Assembly: GCA_029856145.1 (NCBI GenBank)
Contig: JAHQWK010000016.1
Location: 64,001-128,000, forward strand
DNA length: 64,000 nt
From: Promethearchaeia archaeon
Lineage (GTDB): Archaea > Asgardarchaeota > Lokiarchaeia > Sigyniarchaeales > SOKP01
Direction of reading: 5' to 3'
Numbering within the stretch: position 1 is the stretch's first letter; each line of letters starts with the position of its first letter. The notes under the pieces are model-generated. The model was not told the DNA's origin and made no database searches. It saw nothing but the letters and a program-made list of their open reading frames with translations. Shown one piece after another: positions 29,172 through 39,227 of this stretch. Both the position numbers and the translations under genes were made by a program.

Positions 29172-30113
29172 TTATTTTGGATACTGTTCTTGGCAACTTA
29201 AATCAGCTTCTAGACGTTTCCAAGTATGATCTAAATAATCTTGGAGTTCAATTAAATCCTTTTCTGAAATATTAGCAAATCTTTTTTGTCTAGAAAGATA
29301 ATCCATCAGAGAAGCTCTCTTTGAAGGATCCAATAGCGGTTTGCTTGCTTTTGATAATGTCATGATTCCTTTTTCTACTTCATATAGAATCCATGAACCA
29401 GTTTTTACAGCTAATCGGGAGATTTCTATGGTATCTTCTGAATTAAATCCCCATCCTGTACAACAAGGAGCCATAATATGGATATATCTACAACCTTTAA
29501 TCGATTTGGCTTTTATAAATTTATCATATAAATCAAGTGGTTCACTGATAGAACAAGTAGCTACATAAGGTATATCATGAGCCGCCATAATTGCGGGAAG
29601 ATTCTTTTTAAAACGATCTTTTCCCTTTGTAGTTGTGCTTGTCCATGCTCCATGTGGCGTACTTGAAGATCTTTGAATACCTGTATTCATATATGCTTCA
29701 TTGTCGTAACATACATAAATTTGATCAGAATTTCTTTCTGCTGCTCCACTTAAACCTTGAATTCCTATGTCTGCAGTACCACCATCTCCAGCAAATGTAA
29801 TCGTAGTCATCTCGTCCCAACCCTTACCAGGAAATCTATATGCTTTCGCTTTGAAAGCAGCAGACATACCCGTCGCACCTGCTGCACCTGCTGCAAAAGC
29901 CATATTTGTGAATGGAAAATTTGGTGCTGTTTTAGGCCATAATCCTACTACAACATTTAGACAGGAAGCGGGCGTTACAAGAGCTGTGTTAGGTCCTAAC
30001 GCCTTTATTGCCCATCTAATGGCAATTTCTAGCCCACACCCCGCACAACAAGAATTTCCCGGAAGGAAATATTCTTCTTGACATGATTCTAAAGCTTCTT
30101 TTAATTTTACCAT
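29172..30113 (-). CDS. porB: 2-oxoacid (pyruvate-type):ferredoxin oxidoreductase beta subunit
   Basis: CAGCG, GDGGTADIG, YDNEAYMNTGIQRS, PCCTGW. Confidence 0.92.
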   Translation of the reverse strand: MVKLKEALESCQEEYFLPGNSCCAGCGLEIAIRWAIKALGPNTALVTPASCLNVVVGLWPKTAPNFPFTNMAFAAGAAGATGMSAAFKAKAYRFPGKGWDEMTTITFAGDGGTADIGIQGLSGAAERNSDQIYVCYDNEAYMNTGIQRSSSTPHGAWTSTTTKGKDRFKKNLPAIMAAHDIPYVATCSISEPLDLYDKFIKAKSIKGCRYIHIMAPCCTGWGFNSEDTIEISRLAVKTGSWILYEVEKGIMTLSKASKPLLDPSKRASLMDYLSRQKRFANISEKDLIELQDYLDHTWKRLEADLSCQEQYPK

Positions 30114-30117
30114 TATT

Positions 30118-31374
30118 TTATTCTACCTCCAATAATCCATCCCAGAGAGTTCCATGAATCATATCTTTTGGAAGTTCTCCAGTTTCGTTATATCTAACTA
30201 ACTTTAATAATTGATCTTTTTGTTGTTCAAGTGTAACTTCTCTTCCTCCCAATCCATTAATTATTGGTAAAACTGTTGCAGTTCCTTTTGTTTCATGTAG
30301 AGCTGCTTTAACTTCACAACTCACAGGTCCTCCAGTTTGAGAACCAAAGGCTGTAGCTCTATCTATAACTCCAAGTAATTTCACCTTTTTAGCAACTTCA
30401 ATAATATCTTCTGTTGGAAATGGTCTAAAATGGCGAAGCTTTACCATCCCAACTTTATACCCTTCATCTCTTAAATCTTCTACTGCTTGTTCCATTTGTA
30501 AAGCTAAATCTCCATAAATAATTACTCCCACATCTGCATCATCGATTTTGTACTCTTGAATTAATCCATTACCATAATTTCTACCAAAGGTTTGCTCAAA
30601 TTCCTTAGCAACCTTTTTAATTTTCTCTTTCGCTCTTATATTTGCATCATGAATTTTCAATCTAAATTCATAATAAAAACTAGAAGGCATAATAAGATTA
30701 CCAAACATCATCGGTCTTTTTGGATCCATCCAGATATGTGGCCAACCTTCCTCACTTGGTAAAGGCGGTAAAAATTTATCTACAAGATCTTGATCTTCTA
30801 GAACAACCGGTTTCGAAGTATGTGAAAGAATAAATCCCCCATAAGATACAAACTTAGGCAAAAGAATATCGTGATCTTCACAAACCTTATAAGACATAAG
30901 AATTTCATCATATATTTCTTGATGCTCTGATGAAAAGCAACTCAACCATCCTGTATCCCGCTGACTTATCACATCAGTAAAATCAGCCCAAATATTCCAT
31001 GGTGGTGCAGGTCCTCGTGAAGCAATCGCAACAACTATGGGAAGTCTAGCACCTGCAGCCCAATGAATCATTTCATGAGCATAAAATATTCCTTGACCTG
31101 ATGTAGCTGTAAATGTTCTAGTACCTGCTTTACTTGCTCCAACAACCGCCGCAAAAACACTATGTTCTGACTCCATTTTTATATATTCAGTCCCTGGCAT
31201 TAGTCCATTATCCACAAATTCAGACAATTTTTCAACCACAGTAGTTTGTGGAGTAATTGGATACGCACTAATAACTTGAACTCGTGCTGATTTTGCTGCA
31301 TAAGCTGCAGCTACATTACCTTTTATAATAATAGATTCTCTCTTTTGGATAAAATCTTCCTGGGTTTCAACCAT
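30118..31374 (-). CDS. porA: 2-oxoacid:ferredoxin oxidoreductase alpha subunit
   Basis: AYPITPQT, ESEHS, TATSGQG, FRPFP, GLGGRE. Confidence 0.93.
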   Translation of the reverse strand: MVETQEDFIQKRESIIIKGNVAAAYAAKSARVQVISAYPITPQTTVVEKLSEFVDNGLMPGTEYIKMESEHSVFAAVVGASKAGTRTFTATSGQGIFYAHEMIHWAAGARLPIVVAIASRGPAPPWNIWADFTDVISQRDTGWLSCFSSEHQEIYDEILMSYKVCEDHDILLPKFVSYGGFILSHTSKPVVLEDQDLVDKFLPPLPSEEGWPHIWMDPKRPMMFGNLIMPSSFYYEFRLKIHDANIRAKEKIKKVAKEFEQTFGRNYGNGLIQEYKIDDADVGVIIYGDLALQMEQAVEDLRDEGYKVGMVKLRHFRPFPTEDIIEVAKKVKLLGVIDRATAFGSQTGGPVSCEVKAALHETKGTATVLPIINGLGGREVTLEQQKDQLLKLVRYNETGELPKDMIHGTLWDGLLEVE

Positions 31375-31714
31375 CTTTTATGTCACTCTCTCTTACCATT
31401 TCTATATTATTTGTTGGACATTCTTTAGCACATATCCCACAACCTTTACAATATATCAAGTTAATTTCGAATGAACCATCTTCTTTTCTTTTGATTACAC
31501 CCTCTGGACAATACATCCAGCATATTCCGCATTTATTACATCCTTCTTTAATGACGGGTCTAAAAGTTCTCCAATCACCCGTTGTTCCTATATTTCCATC
31601 AATTGGTAATGAAATTGGAATTGGGGATAATTCTTTCCAATTTTTATATTCTTGAACCTTAGGACGTTCTTTTACTGATTTATTAATTTTTTTCCATTTT
31701 TCTGATTCTGACAT
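31367..31714 (-). CDS. porD: 2-oxoacid:ferredoxin oxidoreductase delta subunit (2x4Fe-4S)
   Basis: TGDWRTFRP, CNKCGICWMYCP, CKGCGICAKECP. Confidence 0.93.
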   Translation of the reverse strand: MSESEKWKKINKSVKERPKVQEYKNWKELSPIPISLPIDGNIGTTGDWRTFRPVIKEGCNKCGICWMYCPEGVIKRKEDGSFEINLIYCKGCGICAKECPTNNIEMVRESDIKDG

Positions 31715-31716
31715 GA

Positions 31717-32304
31717 CTACATCTCTCTTACTGATTCATAAGCGTCTTTTGCAACGCTCATATTTTTTTCTAATCTACTTTCACCAAATTGCTTTTTAAT
31801 TACTTTTTCCATTGTTTCAAGATTATAATACCCAGTAATCTTTCCAAAAGCCCCTAACATAGGAATATTTAGAATTGGACCACTAGCATGCATAAAATTT
31901 TTCTTAATGCAAATTCCTGTTGCATCAATAAGAAAGATCTTTATGTTATTAGGGAAATCGCTTGTATATATAGGATCTGGGCTATTAACTATCAGCGTTA
32001 CTCCTTCCTTTATTGAGTTTTTTATCCTTGGAATGTCTAATAATGAAGTATCAAATATAAATATATAATCTGGATTCACTACACTGTCATATGTTTTAAT
32101 TTGCCTACTTTTAGAAACTTTTGTAAATGCCTGTATTGGAGCACCCCTACGTTCAGCACCTATAATTGGAATTGCGATTGTGTCCTTGAAATCTTCCTCA
32201 AATGCCATTTCAGCTAACAATTGACTTGCAGTGATACATGTTTGACCACCTCTACAATGCATTGATATTTCTACAACCTTTTCATTATCTGACAATTTAT
32301 TCAA
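31717..32304 (-). CDS. porG: 2-oxoacid:ferredoxin oxidoreductase gamma subunit
   Basis: RGGQ, GAERRGAP, DATGI, NIPMLGA. Confidence 0.9.
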   Translation of the reverse strand: MNKLSDNEKVVEISMHCRGGQTCITASQLLAEMAFEEDFKDTIAIPIIGAERRGAPIQAFTKVSKSRQIKTYDSVVNPDYIFIFDTSLLDIPRIKNSIKEGVTLIVNSPDPIYTSDFPNNIKIFLIDATGICIKKNFMHASGPILNIPMLGAFGKITGYYNLETMEKVIKKQFGESRLEKNMSVAKDAYESVREM

Positions 32305-32536
32305 CTAATTTTTCTTAATTCTATTGAATGCAATATGACCAATAAAGGCACAATGAATAAAAGTTCTATTAATTTTACTTATATATCAACAATATGAAAC
32401 AATAATATAGAATTTTTAATAATAATTGTTATAATAATTAACCTAATTTCAAAACGGTATCGTATTAAATCAAATTTAAGAAATAATGAATTCTAATCGT
32501 TTAGACTTAACTTAATTTAAACTAGGAAAAAATTAT

Positions 32537-33106
32537 ATGCCTAATAAGAAAAGAAATAATGAATTAGTTTATTCCTTTAAATGTCCTTCATGTCAAGAAG
32601 GAATGATCCACATTGTTAAGAGTATATATGATCTTCCTGATGGAGACAAAATGCTCATATTAAAATTTGAATGTAATACATGCAATTTTCATAAAAATGA
32701 TGTAATTCCTTTAACTACAAATATGGAACCGGGAATTATGACTTTACATATAGTAGACGACGATGACCTTAAATCTAAAATTTACCGTTCACCAGTGGGT
32801 AAATTAGAAATTCCAGAATTAGAATTAATAGTAGAACCAGGTCCGAGAGCAGATTTCTATTATACAAACGTACAAGGTATATTATTCAGATTTGAAAATG
32901 CTGTTTCAATTTATAGCAAAAATCTTGAAGAAGATGATCCAGAAAAAAGCGAAATAGACGAGCTTATGTTTAATTTAAAGCAAGCAATCGATGGGAAATT
33001 TAAGTTTACCTTAAAAATAACCGACCACGAAGGAGGAAGTTATATTATTCCCCAAGATGAATCAAAATACACATTTGAAAAAATTAAGAAAAAAGAATTA
33101 GAATAA
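32537..33106 (+). CDS. ZPR1-related zinc finger protein
   Basis: CPSC..CNTC, IPELELIVEPG, TNVQG, ITDHEGGS. Confidence 0.88.
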   Translation: MPNKKRNNELVYSFKCPSCQEGMIHIVKSIYDLPDGDKMLILKFECNTCNFHKNDVIPLTTNMEPGIMTLHIVDDDDLKSKIYRSPVGKLEIPELELIVEPGPRADFYYTNVQGILFRFENAVSIYSKNLEEDDPEKSEIDELMFNLKQAIDGKFKFTLKITDHEGGSYIIPQDESKYTFEKIKKKELE

Positions 33107-33186
33107 ATATAAAATATTATCTCATCATAATTCTTTATTATAAACTATTTAGTTATAATCTAATTAAATTTATCATGTGAAGAGAT

Positions 33187-34341
33187 ATGGGAAGTCAAAT
33201 AAAAAAAGTGGGAATCTTAACGGGAGGAGGAGATTGTCCTGGATTAAATTCTGTCCTCTATGGAATTATGCTTAAAGCTTATGATGCCGGTATAGAATGT
33301 ATTGGAATCCTCAAAGGCTGGAAAGGATTTTTGGAAAATCAAACAATTCCCCTTTATATTGCAGAACACGATGACTTACATACTGTTGGTGGAACTATTC
33401 TATATACAAGTAGAACTAACCCATTTAAAAGTGTAAGTTCAAAAGAAGAAAAGGCAAAGGAATTAACCAAAAAATTTGAAGAATTGGGAATCGATGCTTT
33501 AATTGCTATTGGGGGAGATGATACCTTAGGAGTAGCGGATAATATGTATAAATTAGCTGATGCTAAAGTTGTAGGCTGCCCTAAAACGATAGATAATGAT
33601 TTAGCAGGAACACATTATACGTTTGGATTCTGGAGTGCCGTACAATTAGCCTCTAACGCAATGGATAATCTTACAACTACAGCTCGTTCACATCAGAGAG
33701 TATTTGTTGTCGAAGTTATGGGGAGAGATGCTGGTTTTTTAACAATGTATAGTGGAATTTCTGCTGGAGCCGATATAATATTAATTCCTGAGACTCCGTT
33801 TGATTTAGAAAAGGACATCATTGATATCTTGAAAAAAAGAGCTAATGCGGGCTATAAATATCATATAATTGCTACATCAGAAGGAGCTTACCCAAATTCA
33901 GAATCTTTAAACCGAGATTTTAAAACCATATCGAAAGAAACAATTGATAAATTACCTAAAGATTCATACGGTAACCCATTACTCGTAAAATTGAATATCT
34001 CTCAAATTATTGTGGATGAACTAAACTTAAGGGAAGATCTAAAACAGGAATTTCAGAAAAACGAAGTAGATTTTGAATGTAGAAGTGTTGTTCTTGGCCA
34101 TACTATGCGAGCTGGAACACCCAATTCATTTGATAGAATATTGGGATTAAGGTTTGGATTAGCAGCAATGAAACTTGTCATAGAAGGCAAATTTGGAAAT
34201 ATGGTATCACTCCAAGGGAATAAAATAAAAACAGTCCCATTATCCGAAGGTGTCAGAAAGAAATACATTACACTTGAAAACGATAAAATGGAATTACGAG
34301 ACCTATTAGTGAAAATTAGATATTTATCGAAACAAAATTAA
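33187..34341 (+). CDS. 6-phosphofructokinase, PfkA family (likely PPi-dependent)
   Basis: TGGGDCPGLN, GGTIL.TSR, GGDDT, PKTIDND, EVMGR, LGH..RAG. Confidence 0.93.
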   Translation: MGSQIKKVGILTGGGDCPGLNSVLYGIMLKAYDAGIECIGILKGWKGFLENQTIPLYIAEHDDLHTVGGTILYTSRTNPFKSVSSKEEKAKELTKKFEELGIDALIAIGGDDTLGVADNMYKLADAKVVGCPKTIDNDLAGTHYTFGFWSAVQLASNAMDNLTTTARSHQRVFVVEVMGRDAGFLTMYSGISAGADIILIPETPFDLEKDIIDILKKRANAGYKYHIIATSEGAYPNSESLNRDFKTISKETIDKLPKDSYGNPLLVKLNISQIIVDELNLREDLKQEFQKNEVDFECRSVVLGHTMRAGTPNSFDRILGLRFGLAAMKLVIEGKFGNMVSLQGNKIKTVPLSEGVRKKYITLENDKMELRDLLVKIRYLSKQN

Positions 34342-34390
34342 TTTCAACGTTTTTATTTAATTTTATTGTATTTAAAAAAAGAAATATAAA

Positions 34391-35629
34391 TTAACCATAG
34401 TGTTTTTCAATTTCAGTATCAGCGTCAATCGCATCTTGCTCTACATCACGACCAATCCACTTTTCGCTCATGATCTCCTTGTAATATTCATGTTGTATAA
34501 TTAAATTCATTATTTCTGTTGTTCCGGTCCAAATCTCTCCTATACGAGCGTCTCTCAAAAGGCGTTCTATTGGATATACGGTTGTATACCCGATACCACC
34601 CATTATCTGCATTGATTTGTTAATAACTTTCCAGCATGCTTTAGTTGAAAATTTTTTGGATTCAGAAACTAATCTTCTTTGAAGAGCGGGTGGCGCTCCT
34701 GCATCTATAGATTTCGCAGTATTAAACACAATTGCTCTTGTTGCATCTAAATAAGTAATGCAATCCGCTATCATGAAGTTAACAGCCTGAAAATTCTTTA
34801 TAATCTGTCCAAATGCTTTTCTTTTGGTGCTATATTTGGTTGCTATTTGAAGACAAGCACGTGCCAATCCGAGAAACCCAGAAGCTGTAGTTAATCGTTC
34901 TGGAACCATCATATGGTAAAATATTTTACCCCCATCTCCTTCTCCCAGAATTAAATTCTCCTTAGGAACTTCTACGTCTTTAAAAACTATCCTACCTGCT
35001 CCACCGCCTCTAGTACCTAACAAACCGTAAATATATGCTGCGTCTACTGCATCGCTTTTATCAACAATAAATAAGCTTAAAGAATCGCGAGGAGGGGCTT
35101 TAGGATTTGTTTTAGCGTAAACCAAAAAGAAATCTGCACCCTCTGCACCTACTACAAAACGTTTTTCTCCATTCAAGATATAATGATCACCTTCCTTAAC
35201 CGCAGTAGATGTAGCTCCAAAGAAATCAGAACCCCCTCTTGGTTCAGTTAAGGCTTCAGCAGTAAATTTTTGTCCTTCACACATAGGTTTAAGATATTTT
35301 TGCTTTTGCTCTTCAGTACCGAACATATTTAAAGCTTCCCCACAAATACTCGGTAAGGAAAATAAACACGCAAGTGAGCTTCCCAACACACCTATTTCTT
35401 CTTGAGCAATGATTTCACTTTCCCAATTTAGCCCTCTTCCACCATATTCCTGGGGGAATCGTATTCCTATTAAATTTTGCTTTGCTAATGCATGTAACCA
35501 TTCGCTCGGATATTGTATCTCATCTTTATCCATTTTTTTTAATAATGAGGGAGGAACAGCTTCTTTTACGAATTGCTGAACTTCTTCTCTAAACTTTTTA
35601 TTTGCTTCACTTAGTAAATAATCGTACAT
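34391..35629 (-). CDS. Acyl-CoA dehydrogenase
   Basis: ALTEPRGGSD, LNGEKRF, RKAFGQ, QIMGGIGY, IWTGTTEI. Confidence 0.93.
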   Translation of the reverse strand: MYDYLLSEANKKFREEVQQFVKEAVPPSLLKKMDKDEIQYPSEWLHALAKQNLIGIRFPQEYGGRGLNWESEIIAQEEIGVLGSSLACLFSLPSICGEALNMFGTEEQKQKYLKPMCEGQKFTAEALTEPRGGSDFFGATSTAVKEGDHYILNGEKRFVVGAEGADFFLVYAKTNPKAPPRDSLSLFIVDKSDAVDAAYIYGLLGTRGGGAGRIVFKDVEVPKENLILGEGDGGKIFYHMMVPERLTTASGFLGLARACLQIATKYSTKRKAFGQIIKNFQAVNFMIADCITYLDATRAIVFNTAKSIDAGAPPALQRRLVSESKKFSTKACWKVINKSMQIMGGIGYTTVYPIERLLRDARIGEIWTGTTEIMNLIIQHEYYKEIMSEKWIGRDVEQDAIDADTEIEKHYG

Positions 35630-35848
35630 TTTTTATTCTACCAAAATCATTAATATTGCCATTAAATAATGATAGGTTCAATAAAAATAATGTTCAGATC
35701 CAAATTTATTGGTTTATAATAAATACCCATATTCGAAGTTCCATTGTAGTTCAACTTTTAAAACTATAAAAAACTAAAATTGCTTTTTTAACATACGATA
35801 CAACAATTTTAATGTTCAATTTCAAAAATTTATAAACTAAAAATCAAT

Positions 35849-37117
35849 ATGTTTACGAAAATTAAAAAAGGTTATAATGAATACCCCAATGCGTTTAAAG
35901 TGCTGACTTTAGCCACTTTCATTGATATGCTAGGAACCTTCTTATTGTTTCCTTTTTTTTCACGATATATAATTAACCATTTTGGAGTTGGGATGATTGA
36001 AGTAGGGTATTTATTTTCAATCTTCGCGGTAGGTAATATATTTGGTAGTACTATCGGTGGGGCTTTAGCTGATAAGTATGGACGCCGTAGGATGATTCTG
36101 ATTGGTTTAATTGTAAGCGGGATAAGTAGCATTTTAATGGGTTTAGTTAACGATTTAAATGTTTTTTATCTCCTTGCGGGATTTTTAGGTTTGATAGGCA
36201 ATTTTGGAGGCCCTGCAAGACAAGCAATGGTAGCGGATTTGCTTCCACAAGAAAAACAAGCAGAAGGATTTGGAATTCTACGAGTGTCATTTAATCTTTC
36301 AGCAGTAATAGGTCCTATACTTGGAGGATTTTTAGCTAGCCAATCCTATATGTTTTTGTTTATTATGGATGCTGTGAGTAGCATTATTACTGCTATTATA
36401 GTATATAGTGTCATTCCAGAGACTAAACCACAAGTACTAAAGGATAAACCAGAAGAATCAGTAATGAAAACTATGATAGGATACAAAGAGGTGCTAAAAG
36501 ACTGGAAATTTATGTTATTTTTAGCTGTGTCTGCTATAACAGTTTTAGTGTATATGCAAATGAATAGTACACTTTCTGTGTTTTTATGGAAAGTTTATAT
36601 GTTCCCTGATGCAAGTTTTGGCTTGTTATTAAGTATGAACGCAATAATAGTGGTAATTTTTCAATTCTGGATTACTAGGAAGGTTTCAAAATATGCTCCG
36701 ATGAAAATAATGGCATTTGGAACTATTTTCCTTATGATTGGTTTTAGCATGTATGGTTTTATTTCTGAACCATACTTATTTTTTGTTGCTATGGCAATTA
36801 TTACAATAGGTGAAATGATTGTATATCCTACTGGACAAAGTGCAGCTGCAACTTTTGCTCCTGGAGATAAACGGGGGCGTTATATGGCTGTGCTTGGTTT
36901 TCAATGGGCGATCCCGAATCTATTTGGAGCTTTAGGTGCCGGATTAATTATGCGATATATAGGACCCAATTGGGTATGGTATATAGCGGGGATTCTATCT
37001 CTTAGTGCGATAATAGGTTATTGGTTACTACATGGGATCACTAAGGAACTTTTTTCAAAAGAAAAAGAACAAATAAAAGAACCATTAATTGAATATACTG
37101 TTTCTTCAATAGAATAA
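35849..37117 (+). CDS. MFS transporter
   Basis: GALADKYGRR motif A, GPILGG, about 12 TM segments. Confidence 0.92.
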   Translation: MFTKIKKGYNEYPNAFKVLTLATFIDMLGTFLLFPFFSRYIINHFGVGMIEVGYLFSIFAVGNIFGSTIGGALADKYGRRRMILIGLIVSGISSILMGLVNDLNVFYLLAGFLGLIGNFGGPARQAMVADLLPQEKQAEGFGILRVSFNLSAVIGPILGGFLASQSYMFLFIMDAVSSIITAIIVYSVIPETKPQVLKDKPEESVMKTMIGYKEVLKDWKFMLFLAVSAITVLVYMQMNSTLSVFLWKVYMFPDASFGLLLSMNAIIVVIFQFWITRKVSKYAPMKIMAFGTIFLMIGFSMYGFISEPYLFFVAMAIITIGEMIVYPTGQSAAATFAPGDKRGRYMAVLGFQWAIPNLFGALGAGLIMRYIGPNWVWYIAGILSLSAIIGYWLLHGITKELFSKEKEQIKEPLIEYTVSSIE

Positions 37118-37216
37118 GGGATTTCAATATTTTTTCTTAAAATTAAGTATTCAATACAAGATCAATAATTCAATATTAATGATCGTGAAACACCTCTTTC
37201 ACGAAGATTATTCATT

Positions 37217-38368
37217 TCAATTCTCTATCTCAAATATAATCTTAAGATATTCATACTTAAAATTAAGCAATTTAAGTATTTTTTTAACAAATAATCTTAA
37301 ATTTTTTACTTGGATGGGCTTTTCATTTTTTTGTTTGAGTAAAAACTCGTGTATCATATTTCTGGTTGCATCTGGACCTTCTTTTTCGAGATACTCCATC
37401 CAATGGATTGAAGCTCTACAAATTCGCTTTAGCGCTTCATCCGGGTACTCCTTTTTATTAAAAATTTTGTCATAGTATTTATCTAAAGCAATACTTACCC
37501 TTTCTAAGTGATCGACAATTCCCAATGAATATCGACATAGACTAATTAGATTTGAAGTAATTCTTTTGTTTCTCGTATTAGTTGCGGCCTCAAAAGATTC
37601 GCATACATCGTTCCACTCATCTTTATTTGGTCCTTCTAAACCATCATTAAATAAAGCGACATTAATTATATCGCTTAAATCTACATCGTGTCCTCTCTTT
37701 AATTTCTTATTAAAAATCTCTTTTAAATTAGTCCCTTCTAAATAGCTTCCAGCACCAAAATCAAGTAATTGATTCAGATTATTTGCAGCACAAAGTGCTT
37801 CATGTCTTACTTCTCCTGTATCTGGATTAACCCAATCCACTTTTTTTTCCCATTCACCAGTTTCTTTAATCTTTATCCAGCCACATTCTTTTAAAGCATG
37901 GTCTAAAACGCTTATTTGAAAACACCAAAAATCAATATCATCAGTAAAGCGTTTTCTTCTCCAATCTCTTGTAGTATATTTCCCCAAGTATAACTTCAAA
38001 GTGCCTCGCAACATTGCTTTTTTTCCATCTTTTAATGCCAATTTAGCATTATCACAGTAAAGATTGCTTGAATCTTCCGAACAGGAAACAATATGATTTA
38101 AAACTTTTCTAGCTTCTGTTACAACAATATCACACGGAATTCTCCCATCAGAAGGATATTCTCTTGATCCACCGTCTAAAAACTTTTTAAATAATTCCAA
38201 TTCATTATCAGGTATATTGTACCAGGGATTATTAAACATAAGTTTACTGAATACGTAGTGGGTAAAACCATTTTCATCCACTTTAGTTTTATCACGCAAA
38301 GGAGAAACATCTCTTAGTTTATCTTCTTTTTGGACAGCATCGGCTTTAATATCCCAAATTGTACTCAT
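37217..38368 (-). CDS. Hypothetical protein with AbiEii/DUF6036-like nucleotidyltransferase motifs
   Basis: LRGT..LY....RKRFTDDIDF and KKLKRGHDVDLSDI. Confidence 0.5.
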   Translation of the reverse strand: MSTIWDIKADAVQKEDKLRDVSPLRDKTKVDENGFTHYVFSKLMFNNPWYNIPDNELELFKKFLDGGSREYPSDGRIPCDIVVTEARKVLNHIVSCSEDSSNLYCDNAKLALKDGKKAMLRGTLKLYLGKYTTRDWRRKRFTDDIDFWCFQISVLDHALKECGWIKIKETGEWEKKVDWVNPDTGEVRHEALCAANNLNQLLDFGAGSYLEGTNLKEIFNKKLKRGHDVDLSDIINVALFNDGLEGPNKDEWNDVCESFEAATNTRNKRITSNLISLCRYSLGIVDHLERVSIALDKYYDKIFNKKEYPDEALKRICRASIHWMEYLEKEGPDATRNMIHEFLLKQKNEKPIQVKNLRLFVKKILKLLNFKYEYLKIIFEIEN

Positions 38369-38456
38369 ACAAAATATTATATTGAATGTGATTTTTAAAA
38401 ATTACCAATTTAAAATATAAAATCAATTTTTTATTTATACACCATTTAGATATTAT

Positions 38457-39128
38457 ATGAGCAATTTTTTTAAAATCTATACTTTAACCCCCTGGGATTC
38501 ACTAAATTCAAAAATATTAACAGAAGTGAAATTACATTCATTGAAAAATATATTTAAGACATTTCCCGTAATTGAACCAGAGTTTTTTGATGATATACTC
38601 ACAAACCTATATAATTTCAAACATTATTCATGGGTTGAAAGCATTAAAAGAGTAGTTGGTCCTAACGCTGAGGATTATGATATAAAGCCATGGAATTTTC
38701 TGTGGGGGATGGATAATGATAGAAGAATCTACCAGCTACTTATACAAAAAATAGAAGAAAAAGCAATTTTAGTTGCTCTGGCTCCTCCAGAATTAGGGAA
38801 ATTGTTTACACAATATAAAAAAGAAGCTATATTACGCACTTTATCCTTATTAAATAGTCCAAATAAAATGAAATTTTTAATGGTTTTAGCACCTAAAGGA
38901 AAATCCATCGCTGAAGAACAACAATTACTCCAAGTAAATAAAAAAGATTTAGAAAAATTGAAATTTAATAATATGCTTAAACAGATGCCGAATATTAAAG
39001 GACAATGGTTTCCCGAGCATTCCCCACGTTGTCCAAACTGCAACAAGCTGATTACAGAGATAAAGGGTTTTAATGTGGGATTTGCTAAATTCATATGTCC
39101 TTATTGTGGATATCAAAAAAATAAGTAA
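38457..39128 (+). CDS. Hypothetical protein with C-terminal Zn ribbon
   Basis: CPNC-x15-CPYC at C-terminus. Confidence 0.7.
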   Translation: MSNFFKIYTLTPWDSLNSKILTEVKLHSLKNIFKTFPVIEPEFFDDILTNLYNFKHYSWVESIKRVVGPNAEDYDIKPWNFLWGMDNDRRIYQLLIQKIEEKAILVALAPPELGKLFTQYKKEAILRTLSLLNSPNKMKFLMVLAPKGKSIAEEQQLLQVNKKDLEKLKFNNMLKQMPNIKGQWFPEHSPRCPNCNKLITEIKGFNVGFAKFICPYCGYQKNK

Positions 39129-39227
39129 AACAGACATTTTTATTAAAATCCTTTATAATGATTTTTATTAGATAATTTGATATATATCTTATTAATAAAA
39201 CTTATATTAATAGAATATATCTCAATC

